Shown here piece after piece: positions 17,469-27,964 of a stretch of 64,000 nucleotides of DNA. A program made the position numbers and the translations under genes. The notes beneath the pieces were generated by a model. It saw only the letters and a list, made by a program, of their open reading frames with translations. It did no database searches and was not told the origin of the DNA. The stretch lies in assembly GCA_036338595.1 (NCBI GenBank), contig JAYZBV010000037.1:71550-135549 (forward strand). The letters are read 5' to 3'. How positions within the stretch are numbered: the first letter of the stretch is position 1; each line of letters begins with the position of its first letter. This DNA comes from Planctomycetota bacterium (GTDB lineage Bacteria; Planctomycetota; UBA8108; UBA1146).

Positions 17469-18859
17469 CCTGGTTGTCCCTGCTGCACAGACGCAACCTC
17501 TTCACGTATCCGAGTACCTATCTTGTCGATGTCGCCCGCACCGAGCGAAAACACCACGTCTCCCGCCTTGACGATTTCTTGCAGGTCATACACCGCATCC
17601 TCGGAGCCGATGATACGCGCGGCAATGCCGCGCGATCTCAACCTGGCTGCAAATTGTGAGAGCAAGTCGGTGGGGAATTCCAGGGAATTTTCCCTCACAT
17701 GATAGATCGGCAACAACAGCACCTCGTCGGAACAATTGAAGGCGTCGGTGAACTCGGTCAGGAAGTGTTGCAGACGAGTTGCCTGGTGGGGCTGAAACAT
17801 TGCCCAGATCTTGCGATCGGGAAACAGGCCCCTGGCGGTCTCGAGAGTCGTACTGACCTCGGTAGGATGGTGTGCATAGTCTTCAAACCATTCGACTTCA
17901 GGCAACACGTCCCGACGTTCGAAGCGTCGTTTGACTCCCCTGTAACTCTCGATTCCGGCGCGAATCTTATCCAGATTCACACCGAGTTCCGCAGCCAACG
18001 CAACGGCTGCAGTCGCGTTGAGAATCGTGTGGCGTCCCGGAATCGACAATCGGACCTCTAGTTTTGCAACCCCGTCATGACTGATCTGGATGAGGGGATG
18101 CAGCCCGTCCTCGATCACCGTCGATCTCCACCCGGGCCCCTGATCGAGACCGAACAGGATCGGTTCGACATCTGCAATACCGCTGAGGCGGTCTGCATGA
18201 AGTTCTGGAATCACGACAGGGGCACCGGTGCGGAATCCCTCGAGGAAGGAACGAAAGGTCTGCTGAACCGCGTCCAGGTCGCAATAGATCTCGGGGTGAT
18301 CGACCTCGATGTTGGTGATGATCCCGGCGCTCGGACTCAGGTTCAGAAAACTACGCTGGTACTCGCACGCCTCGACGATGAAATCCTCACCGTTACCATT
18401 TCGCCAGTTGCGGCCACCGATCGCTTCCAGTTCCCCTCCGATGATGACGGATGGATCTCTCCCCGCCGCAATCATGATGCTCGTCAACATTCCAGTCGTA
18501 GATGTCTTGCCATGGGTTCCCGCAACTGCGATGGCGTGGCCTGTTGCCGCCAACCGTCCCAGAACCTCGCTGTAGAGAAGCACCTCGATTCCGAGTCTGC
18601 GCGCCTCGGCGACCTCTGGATTGCTGACTGGAACCGCTGCCGATCGGATCAGCAACCCTGCATCCATTGGCACATTTCGAACATCGTGGCCCTGAATGAA
18701 GCGGATGCCCGCCCCGCGGAACATCTCCTGAAGCCGACCGTCCTGATCGCTCCCCGAGACCTCGTGTTTACGTTCTCTCAGCAGCATCGCCAGGCCGCTG
18801 GTCGCAGTTCCACAGATGCCCACGATGTGGATCTTTTCGGGAATGGCTCGGTCACTCAT
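17465..18859 (-). CDS. murC: UDP-N-acetylmuramate--L-alanine ligase
   Basis: VAGTHGKTSTT, EACEY, GVKRRFE, DYAHHPTE, FQPH. Confidence 0.94.
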   Translation of the reverse strand: MSDRAIPEKIHIVGICGTATSGLAMLLRERKHEVSGSDQDGRLQEMFRGAGIRFIQGHDVRNVPMDAGLLIRSAAVPVSNPEVAEARRLGIEVLLYSEVLGRLAATGHAIAVAGTHGKTSTTGMLTSIMIAAGRDPSVIIGGELEAIGGRNWRNGNGEDFIVEACEYQRSFLNLSPSAGIITNIEVDHPEIYCDLDAVQQTFRSFLEGFRTGAPVVIPELHADRLSGIADVEPILFGLDQGPGWRSTVIEDGLHPLIQISHDGVAKLEVRLSIPGRHTILNATAAVALAAELGVNLDKIRAGIESYRGVKRRFERRDVLPEVEWFEDYAHHPTEVSTTLETARGLFPDRKIWAMFQPHQATRLQHFLTEFTDAFNCSDEVLLLPIYHVRENSLEFPTDLLSQFAARLRSRGIAARIIGSEDAVYDLQEIVKAGDVVFSLGAGDIDKIGTRIREEVASVQQGQPG

Positions 18860-19560
18860 CGACGGTCATTCCTATTTCGATCTGGAACCCGATCGGGAAC
18901 TCGCAGCAGGATGCCAATCTTGAGCACCTCTGGCACAGCGATTTGATCACGGTTCGCTTCCAGGATCGGCTTCCAGTCCTCGACACCGTAGTATTGTCGG
19001 GCGATGGAGGCGAGTGTATCTCCAGGCTCCACCTCGTGGATCAACGCCGTGTTGACGAGTTCCTCCCGACCGGGTGGAGGAGCAGTTTCCGTGTTGCCAG
19101 GGAGCCGGATGATTTGCCCCACCTTGAGACGATCCGGGTCGATATCTCGATTGAGTGCGATGATCTCTCCCGATCGACCTCCGTGACCCAGCACCTCAGC
19201 AGCGATTTTCCAGATGCTGTCTCCTGGACGAACGGTCCACTGTTTTGGAGTCTGCTGTGTTGGAGTCTGCTGGGGAACGTTGGAACGCTGCGGGTCGCCA
19301 CCGAGTGGCGATGGAGCGACCGGAGATGGCTGCAGCTTCGCTGATGGATCCTGGAGCGCTGGCGCCAGTGGAATCTCTTCGAGGAGTTGACGCGATCGTT
19401 CATCGACCGAATACCAGGAAAGAGATACCGGGCTCGTCATCACATCATCTGCGCTTCCCGGCAATGGGATGCCGTCTGGGCTGATACCGTTACTCACTGC
19501 GAAGATCCCTGCGATGAGAACCAGGATACAGAAACTCCACCGAAGAGCGTTCATCTTCAT
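18856..19560 (-). CDS. Membrane-anchored protein with two LysM domains
   Basis: N-terminal TM; WTVRPGDSIWKIA...LKVGQIIRLP and HEVEPGDTLASIA...LKIGILLRVP. Confidence 0.9.
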   Translation of the reverse strand: MKMNALRWSFCILVLIAGIFAVSNGISPDGIPLPGSADDVMTSPVSLSWYSVDERSRQLLEEIPLAPALQDPSAKLQPSPVAPSPLGGDPQRSNVPQQTPTQQTPKQWTVRPGDSIWKIAAEVLGHGGRSGEIIALNRDIDPDRLKVGQIIRLPGNTETAPPPGREELVNTALIHEVEPGDTLASIARQYYGVEDWKPILEANRDQIAVPEVLKIGILLRVPDRVPDRNRNDRR

Positions 19561-20660
19561 CCAGTCACCTCCAGTCGAGGTTGGTGGAGGAGATCCGGAT
19601 CGTCACTGCCTGAGATCCCGATCCGCTCACCCAGATGGGTCGCCACCATCTCTGCAATCCGCTGCGCCGCGCCTGGACGACCCAGTTGCCGGGAGCAGAT
19701 CGACATCTGTTCGAGCCTGGACCGGTCCTGAATCAATGATTCAATCAAGTCAGCGATCTGTTGCGGAGACTCCTGGTCGACAACCATCGCACCGCCGTGG
19801 TGTGCAACATGGCTGGCATTTCTCAGCTGATGTTGATCACCATGATGGAGAAATGGCCAGTATAGGGCTGCTCGCCCGACGCAACAGACCTCGGCAACGG
19901 TCGATCCTCCCGCTCTCGACACTATCAGACTGGCATCGATCAGTGCCTGGGCAGGATTGTCGAGGTAGGAACGGACCGTCGCATCGACACCCGCACATCG
20001 CCATCTGTCCTCGATTCCCTGCGCTTTGCCGGCACCGCAGATGTGATGGACCCGAAATGCACCCGGCTGCCTCAGATGGGTCGCTGCCTCGAGGATGGAC
20101 TCGTTGACCGCCTCTGAGCCCTGGCTTCCTCCCATGATCAGCAACTCCGGAAGGCCGCTGCTCATCGGCTGACTCGGAACAAAACGATCGCGTACCGGAC
20201 AACCGAGTAGGGCAGTTCGTGATCGCAGGCCACGAGGTGCATTTTCAATCGGCCAGCTGAGGAAAATCTTGCGAGCGAATCGAGTCAGTAACTTATTTGC
20301 CAGACCCATCACCTTGTTCTGTTCCAGAATGAAGAGCGGTTTCCCCGAGAGAGATGCTGCGATGCCCACAGCAACTCCAGGACGAGCACCCAGAGCGATC
20401 ACCGCATCGATGCGCTGTTCACGAAGCCAACCGAGTGCAGGTATGACACGGAGCAGAGCCTGATGGATGGTGCCGACTCCCTGCCACGGGGGTGCCAGGG
20501 TTTCCAGATCACAACCCTCGAGGATCTTGCGCTCCAGAGCCGTGCCGTGGTCGAGGAAAAGGACCTCGGCGATGCCACGATCGGCGAGGGCTCTCGCCAG
20601 TGACCATCCCGGATAGATATGTCCTCCGGAGTTTCCCCCTGCGAGCAAGATCCGTTTCAT
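19557..20660 (-). CDS. murG: Undecaprenyl-PP-MurNAc-pentapeptide GlcNAc transferase
   Basis: GGNSGGHIYP, EQN, GCPVR, GGSQG, SRAGGSTVAE, HQLRNA. Confidence 0.92.
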   Translation of the reverse strand: MKRILLAGGNSGGHIYPGWSLARALADRGIAEVLFLDHGTALERKILEGCDLETLAPPWQGVGTIHQALLRVIPALGWLREQRIDAVIALGARPGVAVGIAASLSGKPLFILEQNKVMGLANKLLTRFARKIFLSWPIENAPRGLRSRTALLGCPVRDRFVPSQPMSSGLPELLIMGGSQGSEAVNESILEAATHLRQPGAFRVHHICGAGKAQGIEDRWRCAGVDATVRSYLDNPAQALIDASLIVSRAGGSTVAEVCCVGRAALYWPFLHHGDQHQLRNASHVAHHGGAMVVDQESPQQIADLIESLIQDRSRLEQMSICSRQLGRPGAAQRIAEMVATHLGERIGISGSDDPDLLHQPRLEVTG

Positions 20661-21778
20661 GTGACGCTCACCACCTGTCGAACTCGAGATCGAGAGATCG
20701 CCATCACGACACCCGTCATGCCCATGAACACCGCCAGACCGGTCGATCCATGAGAAAAGAAGGGCAGTGGGATCCCCTTGGTCGGAAAGAGTGCCACATT
20801 CACCAGCAGATTGATCGCTGCTTGCCCCGTGATGGCGATGGTGACGACGCGTACCAGGCAGGCAAGATCAGCATCCTCCACCGCTCGGGAGAGCCTCCAG
20901 CCAAAGATCAGAACCAGCAGATACAGTGTTGCGAGGCACAGCACTCCGATGAATCCGGTTTCCTCCGCATACACCGAAAAGATGAAATCGCTGTATTCCG
21001 AAGGCACGAACAATGTCTTGCTCGATCCCATTCCAATTCCTTTGCCCCACAGCCCTCCACTTCCGATCCCCTGAAGTCCTGCCCACACTTGTGGAACACT
21101 TTCCGGAGAGTGCACCGCCATGAAGCGCTGCTGCATCTCTCCCCAGCGATCTATGACCGCATTCATATTGACCAGTGCTACTGGCAGCATCAACAAGCAA
21201 CAGTACCAGCACAATTTCAACCACCGCAGCAGCGGAATCGCACCCAGAACCAGAATGAATAGTGCACTTCCAAAGTCTGGCTGCACGAAAATCATGGCGA
21301 AGGGGATGCCTACCAGTGCAGCCGCAATCAGTGACCCACTTCGAACCGTGATGGGGCGCCCAAAAATCCCTCGGTAACGCATCATCCCCGTCAGGGCAAT
21401 GGTCGAGATGGGAATGCAGAATTTTGCAAGTTCGGATGGCTGAAACCGCACTCCGAGGTCCAGCCAACGGTGGGCATCGTTGAGTTCTCTTCCCAGCGGG
21501 CTCCACAGGGTGGCCACCAGCAGCAACACGACTCCACCCCAGAGCGGCAGCCAGTAAGTATCCATCCATCTACGCGGAGAAATGAGGTATCCAGCAGCAA
21601 ACAACAGAACACCGAGCCCATACCCCTTCAACTGCTTGAGCCACATCGATGTTGAATTCAGGTCAGTGACACTGGATCGGTAGGACGAGGCGCTGTAGTG
21701 AAAGAACATCCCGATCGCGAGCAACAAGATGACCGCTCCGATGAATCTCGCTCCCTCGACTGCGGGATCGAGGGGCAC
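20657..21778 (-). CDS. ftsW: SEDS family peptidoglycan polymerase FtsW
   Basis: Multi-TM; FQPSELAK, QPDFGS, SDFIFSVYAEETG, PTKGIPLPFFSHG. Confidence 0.9.
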   Translation of the reverse strand: MPLDPAVEGARFIGAVILLLAIGMFFHYSASSYRSSVTDLNSTSMWLKQLKGYGLGVLLFAAGYLISPRRWMDTYWLPLWGGVVLLLVATLWSPLGRELNDAHRWLDLGVRFQPSELAKFCIPISTIALTGMMRYRGIFGRPITVRSGSLIAAALVGIPFAMIFVQPDFGSALFILVLGAIPLLRWLKLCWYCCLLMLPVALVNMNAVIDRWGEMQQRFMAVHSPESVPQVWAGLQGIGSGGLWGKGIGMGSSKTLFVPSEYSDFIFSVYAEETGFIGVLCLATLYLLVLIFGWRLSRAVEDADLACLVRVVTIAITGQAAINLLVNVALFPTKGIPLPFFSHGSTGLAVFMGMTGVVMAISRSRVRQVVSVT

Positions 21779-21813
21779 TGGTGATTCGGATCCAGGAGTG
21801 GCGGTCAGTTGGT

Positions 21814-23181
21814 TCAGGACTCACCCCTCTCTTCGATCCACCGGGTCCTGAGATCGAGGGCGAACTGGTCCAGCGCCTCCGCCCGGGAAGCCTTGAAGAG
21901 TACGGTGTCCCCCTCCTGAAGCTGGCCGACGATTTCCTGGACACCCTGGCCGTTCTTCTCGATGTGAATCACCTCGCCATCACCTGCACTGGCGCCTTCG
22001 GCGAGCCATTCAGCCCCTCTTCCACAGACAAAAACGAGATCGATACAGGATGAGGCCAGATGCCGGCCCGCATCGATGTGGAACTGCACCTCGTTTTCTC
22101 CCAGTTCCTCCATCGTCCCGACTACGGCTAGTCTCCGGCAAGAATCTGAACGACTCAGCCAATCGATCTCCGACTTGAGGGCTTGCGGACTGGAATTGTA
22201 GCAGTCGAGGACAAATTGAACCCCACACACGCGGTGAATTTCATGCCTGAGCGGTGGTAAAGAAATCATCGGAATCGCTTCACTCAACTGCCCGGGATCC
22301 TCGACAAAGTCGAGCACGATCGCCAGCGCAGATTCGAAGCAACGGAGCACCCAATCCGGCCCTGGATCGTATGGCAACGAAAACTCACGAGCTCGCAGGC
22401 GGTCGAGCACCAACACGGAGCCCGGTCCATTTCTTCTCACCTCAAGGTCCCCCGCTGCTCCGGTCCATCGATAACGGGATGCCGATTCTCCGGTGCTGCT
22501 TCGCCACTCGACAGGAGCCCATCGTGCATCTCCTTCGATGTGGTTCAGCATCGAGAACTTCTCTCTCCGGACACCTTCGAGATCGAGCAGACCGCTCAGG
22601 TGTGTCTCGGAGATCGCCGTGATGACGCCGTGCGAAGGTCTTGCCATCTCTGCTCGGGCAGCGATCTCCCCGGGTGAACTGGTCCCCAGTTCGAGCACGA
22701 GCACCTCGGTGTCTGGCGCCGCCTCGAGGATGGTGATGGGAACACCGAGATCATTATTGAAGGAAGCTCTCGGTGCGTGGGACTTGCAGGTGCTACCGAG
22801 AATCGCCTCGATCATGGCACAGGTGGTGGTCTTGCCGACGCTACCGGTCACTGCCACTGCAGCAGTTTGATCTTCCTCCTGCTCTCGAATGGCCCCCGCC
22901 AGCGTCGAGAGCGCCTCTCTGGCACTGGGAGCTTCTATCGAAGCACCCTCATGACGGTCGGAGTAGCCGGGGTCACAGAGAACCGCTGCGGCTCCCAGTT
23001 GCAGTGCAGCATCTGCGTGCTCGATGCCGTGGCAGTGCTCTCCCTGAAGGGCCACGAAGAGGGCACCCGGTGACGCCTCTCTGCTATCGATGACTGCAGT
23101 TCGGATCTCGCTCGATGCATCGCCTCTGACCAGTCCCGCTCTGGCCAGCCTCGCCACCTCCCCCAGAGCGCGGATCCTCAT
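21814..23181 (-). CDS. murF: UDP-MurNAc-tripeptide--D-Ala-D-Ala ligase
   Basis: IDSRE, VTGSVGKTTT, SFNNDLGVP, DCYNSSP, FKASR. Confidence 0.92.
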   Translation of the reverse strand: MRIRALGEVARLARAGLVRGDASSEIRTAVIDSREASPGALFVALQGEHCHGIEHADAALQLGAAAVLCDPGYSDRHEGASIEAPSAREALSTLAGAIREQEEDQTAAVAVTGSVGKTTTCAMIEAILGSTCKSHAPRASFNNDLGVPITILEAAPDTEVLVLELGTSSPGEIAARAEMARPSHGVITAISETHLSGLLDLEGVRREKFSMLNHIEGDARWAPVEWRSSTGESASRYRWTGAAGDLEVRRNGPGSVLVLDRLRAREFSLPYDPGPDWVLRCFESALAIVLDFVEDPGQLSEAIPMISLPPLRHEIHRVCGVQFVLDCYNSSPQALKSEIDWLSRSDSCRRLAVVGTMEELGENEVQFHIDAGRHLASSCIDLVFVCGRGAEWLAEGASAGDGEVIHIEKNGQGVQEIVGQLQEGDTVLFKASRAEALDQFALDLRTRWIEERGES

Positions 23182-24668
23182 CCGATGATCCTCCCTTGCT
23201 GACGCGCAGCGATGATCTCTCTCGCCACCGTCCTGTCATCGAAGGGCTCCTCTATACCTGATGATTGCTGCGTCTGCTCATGCCCCTTGCCGGCGATGAG
23301 AAGCACATCGTCTTCTTCCAGCATCTCGATGGCGCACTGGATGGCTCTGCGGCGATCCACCTCGATGATGTGATCGGTCCCGACAACGATCCCTTCTCGA
23401 ATCTGCTCGATGATGTGCAGGGGATCTTCCGATCGCGGATTGTCGCTGGTGACGATCAGTCGGTCCGCCTTCGAGGCGCTCGCTCCCATCTCGGATCTCT
23501 TTCCCCGATCCCGCTCGCCTCCACAGCCAAAGAGCACCATCAATCGTCCGCGCACCAGAGGTCTCATCGAAGCGATCACCGCATCGATGGCGTCTGGAGT
23601 GTGGGCAAAATCAACAAAGACCTGCCCCTGCTCGACCTCGATCTCTTCGAGCCTACCTGCAACCCCCTCGGCCTTCTCGATCCCCGCTGCGATGGCCGTC
23701 CGATCGATACCGATCGCACCGGCGAGTGCGATGGCAACCAGCGCATTGGACAGGTTGTGGCGACCCGGTTGCCGGAGACAGACCTCTCCCTCGAATCCAG
23801 GGGTTCGAATACGGGCCCTCTGCCCGGTGATTGTCGATTCGATCGACTCCGCCTGCGCTTCGCCAAATCCGACAACCTCGAAACGAAGCGACACCGATCC
23901 GACAGAATCAGCCGCAGTGGACACAGGGCGAACAAAGGGTGCATCTGCGTCACAGAACTTCTGCAGCGACTCCTTGGTCGCATGGTATCGATCGATGGTC
24001 TCGTGATAATCAAGGTGGTCCCGTCCGAGAGAGGTGATGGCACCTGCTGCCAGGGAGAGCCCACCGATGCGATTCTGGTCGATACCGTGCGAGGAAATTT
24101 CCAGAACAAAATCGGATCCCCCCCCCTCGAGATGCCTGGCGAGGGCAGAGGCGATCCGAGCCGGCTCCTGCGTCGTCATCCGGCTCGGCTCCCGCGTCGC
24201 TCCGATTTTATTCTCAACCGTCGTCATCCAGCCAACCGTGTGACCTGCCTTCTCGAGGATGTTCGACAGGTACCGGACCGTCGTACTCTTGCCATTGGTA
24301 CCGGTGATGCCGAAGATCCGCAGCCTGGAGCCCGGCGATCCTGCGCCTGCCTGCTCCAACTGCGCCAGCGCCTGGCGAGCATCGGCTACCTGCCACCACA
24401 CGATATCGTCGGGGAGATCAACGAGGGGTTCACTCTCGGTCACGATGGCGCAGACCCCACCATCGATGACCGCATCGATGAACTGACTTGCATCGTGCTG
24501 AGTGCCTCGGATGGCGACGAACAGATCTGCTGGCATCTGCCGATGGTCACGACAGAGCAACTGGATCGGTGATGCTCCCACGGTGCCTCGACAGGGAGTG
24601 CCGAGGATTTTTTCCAGAGCCGCACGATCCAGAGGAATACGCAGCGGCTTCAGTCGTCGTGATGCCAA
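23178..24668 (-). CDS. murE: UDP-MurNAc-dipeptide--meso-DAP ligase
   Basis: GITGTNGKST, DHLDYH, DFAHTPDA, DNPR (meso-DAP specificity motif), AGKGHE. Confidence 0.94.
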   Translation of the reverse strand: MASRRLKPLRIPLDRAALEKILGTPCRGTVGASPIQLLCRDHRQMPADLFVAIRGTQHDASQFIDAVIDGGVCAIVTESEPLVDLPDDIVWWQVADARQALAQLEQAGAGSPGSRLRIFGITGTNGKSTTVRYLSNILEKAGHTVGWMTTVENKIGATREPSRMTTQEPARIASALARHLEGGGSDFVLEISSHGIDQNRIGGLSLAAGAITSLGRDHLDYHETIDRYHATKESLQKFCDADAPFVRPVSTAADSVGSVSLRFEVVGFGEAQAESIESTITGQRARIRTPGFEGEVCLRQPGRHNLSNALVAIALAGAIGIDRTAIAAGIEKAEGVAGRLEEIEVEQGQVFVDFAHTPDAIDAVIASMRPLVRGRLMVLFGCGGERDRGKRSEMGASASKADRLIVTSDNPRSEDPLHIIEQIREGIVVGTDHIIEVDRRRAIQCAIEMLEEDDVLLIAGKGHEQTQQSSGIEEPFDDRTVAREIIAARQQGRIIG

Positions 24669-26725
24669 GCTTCCGGCTCCCCCCCCTGCTCCCGATCATC
24701 CGGAGAGGCCAGACTATCGGCCCTTCGCCCCGGATCAATCCGGCTCGGCTGAAGTTGGCCTGCCTCGATCCAGCGACGACGATTCGCGGACGAAGCGGCT
24801 GCGGTGTGGCTCCCCGAAAGCCAGGAGACGGGGATTCGCTGTTCCAGTGCCTGCTGGACCTGATTCCCCGGTGCCCTCAGCACCCCCTCGAGCAGTTCTC
24901 GAACCGCCGGTGCTGCGGTCCTCGATGCGTAGTAGCCCTGCATCGATGGATCGGGTTCCTCGACGACCACCATGGCGATCCTCTCCGGGGCATTCCAGGG
25001 TGCAAAACCGATGAAACTGGAGGTGTACTTGCCGTCGATGTAGGCGCCATTGACGTTCATCTTGGCGGTTCCCGTCTTGCCCGCCATCTCGACGGTGCCG
25101 CCCACCGTCTTGCCGGTGCCGATTCGCATCACCTCGCGCATGGCGAAGCGCGCCTGTGCGGCGATCGATTCCGGAATGACGCGGTTCCCCGGCACCCGCT
25201 GGTCGATCAGCGATGCCTCTCGCCTCAGGTGGGGAGTGACCGCTCTTCCTCCATTGGCGATGATGCTATAGGCGCGAATCATCTGGATCGGCGTGACCTG
25301 GATCGCATACCCGAAGCTGGCGGAGCTCAATGTGTGCCACTTCCACTGCTTGAGGGGGATCACTCTCCCTCGCTCCTCTCCCGGAAGATCCACCCCTGTT
25401 CTGCGCCCTAGACCGAAGGATGTGAGGCAACGATGGACGGTTTGCTTCCCCAGTTTTCTACCGATATCGACGATTCCGATGTTGCTCGATTCGACCACCG
25501 TACCGAGCACCGTGCGGTCGCGCAGAAGGTGACTGTCTTCGTATCTTCGCCTGTGATTATCAAACGTTTGACTCCTGCTGCGAACATCGACGGGGTCCTC
25601 GAAAGTGAGTCCATTCTGTAACGCCGCAGTGAGAATCAGGGGTTTCACGATCGAGCCTGGCTCCATCGTCAGGTGCAGTCCCTGTAGCATTCTCGGCAAC
25701 GCGACCTCGGGTTCGTCACGATTCCAGAGTTTCTGCAGATCACCCCTCATCAGTCCTGGATAGGTCCCCATCGCCACGATCTCGCCATTTCTGGGATCCA
25801 TCACTATGCCGCTGACACTCCGGGCGCCGGTCTTGATCAGCGTGTCTTCCAGAATCGATTCGAGCAGAGCCTGTTCCTGGATCCCCAGGCTCAACTGGAT
25901 GTCCTGGCCATGAAAACCCGGTACATCTTCGGTCGCTGCTTGTAATTCACGACCCACAGCATCGGTTTGCTGAGTGAGGAGGCCTCGCCGTTCCTTGAGC
26001 CGATCGTTGTAGTACAGTTCCACGCCGTGCAATCCGATCGCTCGGTCTCCCCGCAACTCTCCGATCACCAGCGTGCCGCGGCTACCAAATGGATACTGCC
26101 TTTTTACGAGCGGCTCGAGCACCGGCACCACCGCGCGTCCCAGATCACGATGGAGTCTTGACTTCGCCTTCAACAAGTTCACTTCATCGAACCCGCCGTT
26201 GACATGCCCTACCGGGATGAACTGGACGAGAGAGGATGTCCGATCCGATACGGGCACCTTCAGCAGTGCTGCATTTCTCCGGCACGCCTGTTGAATGCGA
26301 TCTTCGATCACCTGCCTCGGGTGATCGAGGACCAACCCTGGCAGAGCAAGGACTCCATCGATCGCTCGCCTGAGTGGTGCGGTGCCTGAATCGTCGTCAG
26401 AAACTCTGGCGGCAGCGTGAGGATCGATGGCGACGCGGAAGGTCACGAGATCCTCTGCCAGAATCAATCCGTTTCGATCGATGATCCGTCCACGCTTTGC
26501 CGTGGACCAGCTGGTCCTGCTCTGGGCTTGCTTCTGGAGCTGGCTCCACTGTTGCTGCTGGGCCAGTTGAAGCGAGGCGCAGCGTACCACCACGACGACG
26601 AAACTCGCCGCGACGAGCCAGAACACGACAGAAATACAGCGTTCACTCCATCTCGATCGATCGCTCGGGTCGGAGCCCCTGCGGGGATCGACAGCGTCTA
26701 CTCCCAGGATCGATCTCCAGTTCAA
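24650..26725 (-). CDS. ftsI: Class B penicillin-binding protein (FtsI/PBP3-like)
   Basis: TM then RGRIIDRNG; SxxK (PGSIVK), SxN (SSN), KTG (GKTGT). Confidence 0.9.
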   Translation of the reverse strand: MNWRSILGVDAVDPRRGSDPSDRSRWSERCISVVFWLVAASFVVVVVRCASLQLAQQQQWSQLQKQAQSRTSWSTAKRGRIIDRNGLILAEDLVTFRVAIDPHAAARVSDDDSGTAPLRRAIDGVLALPGLVLDHPRQVIEDRIQQACRRNAALLKVPVSDRTSSLVQFIPVGHVNGGFDEVNLLKAKSRLHRDLGRAVVPVLEPLVKRQYPFGSRGTLVIGELRGDRAIGLHGVELYYNDRLKERRGLLTQQTDAVGRELQAATEDVPGFHGQDIQLSLGIQEQALLESILEDTLIKTGARSVSGIVMDPRNGEIVAMGTYPGLMRGDLQKLWNRDEPEVALPRMLQGLHLTMEPGSIVKPLILTAALQNGLTFEDPVDVRSRSQTFDNHRRRYEDSHLLRDRTVLGTVVESSNIGIVDIGRKLGKQTVHRCLTSFGLGRRTGVDLPGEERGRVIPLKQWKWHTLSSASFGYAIQVTPIQMIRAYSIIANGGRAVTPHLRREASLIDQRVPGNRVIPESIAAQARFAMREVMRIGTGKTVGGTVEMAGKTGTAKMNVNGAYIDGKYTSSFIGFAPWNAPERIAMVVVEEPDPSMQGYYASRTAAPAVRELLEGVLRAPGNQVQQALEQRIPVSWLSGSHTAAASSANRRRWIEAGQLQPSRIDPGRRADSLASPDDREQGGEPEAWHHDD

Positions 26726-27060
26726 TTCCCCTGCCCTTCACCCTCAGCACCCAGGTGCTCACGTACCGTGATCGGTGTGAGAACTGCAACCGGTCCCCCG
26801 GAGCTCCCGCCACCGAGATGCGCCATCGGTTCGCGCCCCTCGTCATCGATCTGCATCAGATCGTCTCCCCAGGCGAGTTCGAATCTCAGGGCATCGTTGA
26901 ATGACCTCTTCGTCGACAGATCGATTCGCAGCCGATCGAGCAACTGTTGCTGCGACTCGACATTTCGCTTGAGGCGGATCTTCTGCGCTCCGTCTCTGGC
27001 CAGATCAAATCCGAGCATCAGGATGCAGGCAGCGACCATGACCAGTTTCAGGATGTTCAT
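26722..27060 (-). CDS. FtsL-like small bitopic coiled-coil protein
   Basis: Position between rsmH and ftsI with 4-nt overlaps; hydrophobic N-terminus followed by a leucine heptad segment. Confidence 0.55.
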   Translation of the reverse strand: MNILKLVMVAACILMLGFDLARDGAQKIRLKRNVESQQQLLDRLRIDLSTKRSFNDALRFELAWGDDLMQIDDEGREPMAHLGGGSSGGPVAVLTPITVREHLGAEGEGQGN

Positions 27061-27947
27061 GCTGGCTCCTCCAATCTGCGGATGATTCGTAATCGTGCTG
27101 ATCTGGACCGAGGGTTGTGGCGAATTTCGTCTTCCGTGGCGCGGATGGGACGTGGCGTGAGCAGCAGGTGGTCGCCCTCTGAGGAGAGGGTGCGGAAGGA
27201 TTCCTTCACCTTGCGATCCTCGAGGGAATGGAAACTGATGATGGCGAGCCGACCGCCGGGAGACAGGAGGCTCCCGATCCGATCGAGAAGGTGCTGGAGC
27301 GCCTCCAACTCGCCATTGACGGCGATTCTGATGGCCTGAAAGGTGCGAGTCGCAACATCGACCTTGCTATTTCCGGTGACCGGTACGGCGCTCCGTATCA
27401 CCGATGCCAAACGCCCCGTCGTCTCGATCGGTTCCTCGGCTCGAGCTCGGATGATCGCGGCAGCGATCTTCCTGGCATGACGATCCTCTCCCAGTTCCTG
27501 GATCAAAGTCACCAGCGACTCCTCCTTGATCGTTTCGATCAGTTGTGCGGCAGTCTCTCCTCGTGTCGGATCCATCCTCATGTCGAGTGGTCCGTCGAAT
27601 CGAAAGGAGAAGCCTCTTTCTCCCTCGTCGAGTTGCGGCGAGGAAACTCCCAGGTCCGCCAGCACCAGATCCCATGTGCCGCTACCGATGCTGTGGCGCA
27701 ACGCTGGGAGGTCTCCGAAGTTGCCATGAACCAGTTCGGTTCGATCGGCGGGCAGACTGGAACTGCAGATCGCATGGGCGGCGGGGTCTCTATCGACTCC
27801 GACCAATCTCCCACCCGGAGCAGTCGCCTCGAGAATCCTCAGCGCATGGCCTCCCAGGCCGACGGTCAGATCCAGCAAGTGCTCTCCCGGCACCGGGGCC
27901 AGACCTTCCAACACCGCTTCGAGGAGGACCGGATCGTGTCCTGTCAT
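27057..27947 (-). CDS. rsmH: 16S rRNA m4C1402 methyltransferase
   Basis: HDPVLL, DLTVGLGGH, DLGVSSPQLD, DGPLDMRMD, ISFHSLEDRKVK, NPRSRSARLR; GGAGG RBS. Confidence 0.96.
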   Translation of the reverse strand: MTGHDPVLLEAVLEGLAPVPGEHLLDLTVGLGGHALRILEATAPGGRLVGVDRDPAAHAICSSSLPADRTELVHGNFGDLPALRHSIGSGTWDLVLADLGVSSPQLDEGERGFSFRFDGPLDMRMDPTRGETAAQLIETIKEESLVTLIQELGEDRHARKIAAAIIRARAEEPIETTGRLASVIRSAVPVTGNSKVDVATRTFQAIRIAVNGELEALQHLLDRIGSLLSPGGRLAIISFHSLEDRKVKESFRTLSSEGDHLLLTPRPIRATEDEIRHNPRSRSARLRIIRRLEEPA

Positions 27948-27964
27948 CCGCGCCTCCAGTGAGC

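Noticed and set aside
23265..24572. Long antisense ORFs (also 13153-14058, 41419-42453, 47784-48998, 54333-55409, 62315-63646)
   Set aside because: Shadows of well-identified genes, expected from GC-rich codon bias; no recognisable motifs
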